From contig JAGHDO010000068.1 of assembly GCA_021159885.1 (NCBI GenBank), positions 16,118 through 80,117 on the forward strand: a stretch of DNA of 64,000 nucleotides. The letters are read 5' to 3'. Of this stretch, positions 61,092-64,000 are shown one piece after another. This DNA is from Synergistota bacterium (GTDB taxonomy: Bacteria; Synergistota; GBS-1). The translations under genes were made by a program, and so were the position numbers. Below the pieces are notes generated by a model, which was not told the origin of the DNA, made no database searches, and saw only the letters and a list, made by a program, of their open reading frames with translations. Positions within the stretch are counted from its first letter, which is position 1. Every line of letters begins with the position of its first letter.

Positions 61092-62189
61092 TTAAAGCCT
61101 CTTGGCTATCTCCTCCGCCATCTTGAGGGTGGAAACAGCTTTGCTCTCGTCCTCACCTTTATCCCTGAGAATATCGTAAGTAACGTATTTGCCCTCTTCA
61201 AGCACCGATATTATAGCGCTTTCAAGTCTCTTAGCGTAATCTTCGAGATCAAGGTACTCAAGGAGCATCTTGGCAGCCATAAGCATCGCCGTGGGATTTA
61301 TCTTATACTGACCAGCATATTTAGGAGCAGATCCGTGAGTAGGCTCAAAGAGCGCATAATTATCCCCTATGTTTCCGGAAGCGACTACGCCCATACCTCC
61401 AACGAGCTGAGCGCACTCATCGGAGAGAATATCTCCAAACATGTTCGTTGTCACTATAACATCATAATTCTGCGGATTCTTGACAAGCCACATGGCAGTC
61501 GCATCCACGTTCTCTTTGTTCCACTCTATATCTGGATAATCCTTAGCTACCTCCTCAGCTGCCTCGATAAACATTCCACCAGTCAGTCTTATAACATTAG
61601 GTTTCTCTACAACGGTTACCTTCTTACGCCCGTTCTCCTTTGCATAGTTAAAAGCAGCTCTGATTATCCTCTCGCATCCTTCCCATGTGAATACTCTCAA
61701 GCTTCCTGCCACTTCCTTTTTACCCCTAAATCTCTCCATATTAGGATGAAGCTTATATATCTCCTCAGGGATCGGTCTCCACTCAACCGCAGCATAAAGC
61801 CCCTCAGTATTTTCCCTGAAAAGAACTATATCTATATCAGGCCTGTGAGCGGGAACGCCCGGAAGCGTCTTAAATGGGCGAAGATTAACGTAAAGATCAA
61901 ACTTCTGACGTATCTGAAGTATAGCAGACTTAAAGCCCTTAACACCAGGCTTGCTGGTTATGGCAGCTAAAAGAGCAGCATCGCTATTCTCGAGAGCTTC
62001 CCAAGTTTGCGGGGGAACAGTATCTCCATATTTTTCCCACATGCACCAACCGGCGTCTGCCCTTACCCATTCGATCGGGGGCTTAAGCTCCTCCATAACC
62101 AGCATGCAGGCTTCCATGACATCATGACCGGAATCGTCTCCGGGAATATAAACGACCTTGTACTTATCTTTCTTCTCCTTGACTTTCAT
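61092..62189 (-). CDS. isocitrate/homoisocitrate/isopropylmalate dehydrogenase family enzyme
   Basis: LYVNLRP, RENTEGLY, NMFGDILSD, EPTHGSAP, INPTA. Confidence 0.9.
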   Translation of the reverse strand: MKVKEKKDKYKVVYIPGDDSGHDVMEACMLVMEELKPPIEWVRADAGWCMWEKYGDTVPPQTWEALENSDAALLAAITSKPGVKGFKSAILQIRQKFDLYVNLRPFKTLPGVPAHRPDIDIVLFRENTEGLYAAVEWRPIPEEIYKLHPNMERFRGKKEVAGSLRVFTWEGCERIIRAAFNYAKENGRKKVTVVEKPNVIRLTGGMFIEAAEEVAKDYPDIEWNKENVDATAMWLVKNPQNYDVIVTTNMFGDILSDECAQLVGGMGVVASGNIGDNYALFEPTHGSAPKYAGQYKINPTAMLMAAKMLLEYLDLEDYAKRLESAIISVLEEGKYVTYDILRDKGEDESKAVSTLKMAEEIAKRL

Positions 62190-62319
62190 TCTTCCATCCC
62201 TCCCTTATAACTATTGTTCCCTTTGTTCCGAATTATACCATAGGCTTACGACATAAAGAAGGGTGCTTTCGATTTTTGGATTATTGTGATATAATCCCCC
62301 CTCGGGAGGTGAAGAACGA

Positions 62320-62511
62320 ATGGCAAGAAGATGCGAGATATGCGGGAAGGGACCAACAACTGGATACAGGGTCAGCCACTCTAACAGGCACACAAAGAGA
62401 AGGTGGCTACCTAACATCCAAGAGGTAAGAGCCATCGTAGATGGAAAGGTTAAGAGAATAAAGGTATGTACCCGCTGTCTCAAGAGCGGTAGAGTCATTC
62501 GAGCTATATAA
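62320..62511 (+). CDS. rpmB: 50S ribosomal protein L28
   Basis: MARRCEICGK..VSHS..TKRRWLPN..VCTRCLKSG; GGGAGGTG SD. Confidence 0.97.
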   Translation: MARRCEICGKGPTTGYRVSHSNRHTKRRWLPNIQEVRAIVDGKVKRIKVCTRCLKSGRVIRAI

Positions 62512-63709
62512 GAGTTATAATTAGCGCGATACCAACCACCGTGGCGACAGCGGGAAATACTTCCTTATAGACTTCAAACCATGTAACTTTATAGTACTCC
62601 TTAGTGGTTATAAGGCAAAGATGAAAGGGAGACAATAGGTGTCCGGAATAACCGCTTACAAATGTCCACGCAGCGAGCTTGAGATCCACGGGACTTCCCA
62701 TAAGGGGAGCCAAAACGGAGAAAGATATCGCCACTCCTGCGGTAGTCATCCCGGTCATGAATGATATTAGAAACGGGAAGAAAAATAGAGAGAAAAGAAG
62801 CGGAACATCGGCTCCCTTAAGCATATTCGGAACAACATAAACTGCATTGCTCACCTTGAGCATACTCTGAAAGTAGTATATGACGAATACCGCCAGTGGT
62901 AGATTAAGCTCCACAGAGGAGTTAAAGATTTGCTTTACCCTGCTTAATGAAAGTCGCTCAGAAATTATCTCTCCAACCACTGCGATCAAAAGAAGAATAA
63001 CTATATTTATTCTGAAAACCAGAAAGCCAAAAAGCACGAGAAGTATAGGCCAAATAGTCTTAGCGAGATTTAAGAGCTTAACAGGCGTTAGAGAGAAGCT
63101 TTCTCTAACAATAGGTCGCGGAAACCTAAACCAGCTGAAGATCATGCCCAGAGCTATGGCAATAAAAATAAAAAACCATTGATGGGAAGCCACGGAAATA
63201 AGAGAAACTCCTAAAAGCGAAGCCTCAAGAATGACAGAAGGATAAACCGGGAGTGAAAACTCCCAAACATGCCTGAACCAATAATTTATGAAGTGCCTTA
63301 AGCCGGAGGGGATGGTTAAATCCTCTCCGATTTTATCCGTTAAGGACGCGGTGAAAAGCGCCCCTGCAGGCATAGGGAGAAAACCCACTATCATGGGGGG
63401 GAAAAATATTACCGCTCTTTTATCCCCTATGATGTCTGAAAGTCTCTGCACCATACGCTGAAGAGCCCCTGTATCACGTAAAAGCCCATTAAGAAAGAGA
63501 ACGAGTATAACTATGCTTATTATCTTCCAAACTACGGCACTACCTGCGGTAAGCTCAAAGGCTTTCCAGAAACCAGAAGCTCCCACATTGAACAAGATCC
63601 CGAGAACGAAAGCTCCCAGAGCCACCGTCAAAGCAAGATTTACCCTCCTGAAAAGCAAAACTATGAGCAAAACCAGAACCGCAAGCAGCTTTAATCCCTC
63701 CATGTTCAA
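62504..63709 (-). CDS. DUF401-family membrane protein
   Basis: GFLPMPAGA, NYWFRHVWE, LSPFHLCL. Confidence 0.85.
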   Translation of the reverse strand: MNMEGLKLLAVLVLLIVLLFRRVNLALTVALGAFVLGILFNVGASGFWKAFELTAGSAVVWKIISIVILVLFLNGLLRDTGALQRMVQRLSDIIGDKRAVIFFPPMIVGFLPMPAGALFTASLTDKIGEDLTIPSGLRHFINYWFRHVWEFSLPVYPSVILEASLLGVSLISVASHQWFFIFIAIALGMIFSWFRFPRPIVRESFSLTPVKLLNLAKTIWPILLVLFGFLVFRINIVILLLIAVVGEIISERLSLSRVKQIFNSSVELNLPLAVFVIYYFQSMLKVSNAVYVVPNMLKGADVPLLFSLFFFPFLISFMTGMTTAGVAISFSVLAPLMGSPVDLKLAAWTFVSGYSGHLLSPFHLCLITTKEYYKVTWFEVYKEVFPAVATVVGIALIITLI

Positions 63710-64000
63710 GAAAACACCTCCCGCTTAGAAGCGATTTTAAGATTCAAAGAGCGGTAAAAATCCCTTAGGAATGCCTCCGCCTCGACCTCCCCGCGCTCTA
63801 TATCATCAAGCTTCCTTTCCATATCTGCGGTAAACTCGGGTGAAAGCATTTCCTCGCCCAAAACCCGCTGAAGCGCCTCACAAACTTTGAAACCAAGCTC
63901 CGTTGGAACGAGGGTTCTCCTGCTCTTACCCACATACCTCCTCTTCAATAAAGTTGATATTATAGTGGCGTAAGTTGAGGGTCTACCCACCCCTTTCTTC
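63706..64000 (-). CDS. topA: type IA DNA topoisomerase, 3' end (runs off window end)
   Basis: GRPSTYA.II..L..R.YV, PTELG, FTADME..LD.I. Confidence 0.8.
   Translation of the reverse strand, partial: KKGVGRPSTYATIISTLLKRRYVGKSRRTLVPTELGFKVCEALQRVLGEEMLSPEFTADMERKLDDIERGEVEAEAFLRDFYRSLNLKIASKREVFS

Noticed and set aside
62211-62498. 95-aa minus-strand ORF
   Set aside because: Antisense to rpmB, which has a strong SD and full L28 motifs.
63706-64000. Reverse gyrase C-terminus
   Set aside because: FTADME..LD.I and F..FY fit ordinary TopA better. Only the tail is visible, and it lacks zinc ribbons, so this is not fully excluded.

Overview
64-kb chromosomal window (roughly mid-40s % GC by eye) from a thermophilic anaerobic bacterium. 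Gene order is Firmicutes-like. A Synergist-CTERM-like surface protein and a gdhA/kor cluster suggest a deep-branching Synergistota-like lineage (inference only). Most genes are on the minus strand and tightly overlapping. 1-23 kb is housekeeping: ppdK, PPDK regulator, glySQ, recO, mgtE, era, cdd, DUF881, DUF502, CorC-like, ybeY, PgpH-like, phoH, NifU, carboxyltransferase, mazG, mfd, pth, rplY, prs, glmU. tRNA-Gln and panDC follow. The accessory part holds: a hypothetical-dcd-GAF/HD-GYP-PseG-like-HD-GYP string below tRNA-Ala; a 1159-aa FG-GAP surface protein with possible pore-forming hairpins; Thermococcales-like di-myo-inositol-phosphate genes; and two convergent glycerol/dihydroxyacetone operons. 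Those operons share a duplicated promoter plus GlpP-type attenuator, and one contains an unlisted 59-aa membrane-protein ORF. The rest is nth, a repeat-domain secreted protein, gdhA/korDABC, a GldA/F/G-DUF4340-lipoprotein module, a DUF355 protein, an ICDH/IPMDH-family enzyme, rpmB, DUF401 and the 3' end of topA. No CRISPR array, integrase or transposase was seen. All family calls come from motif recognition by eye, not database searches.
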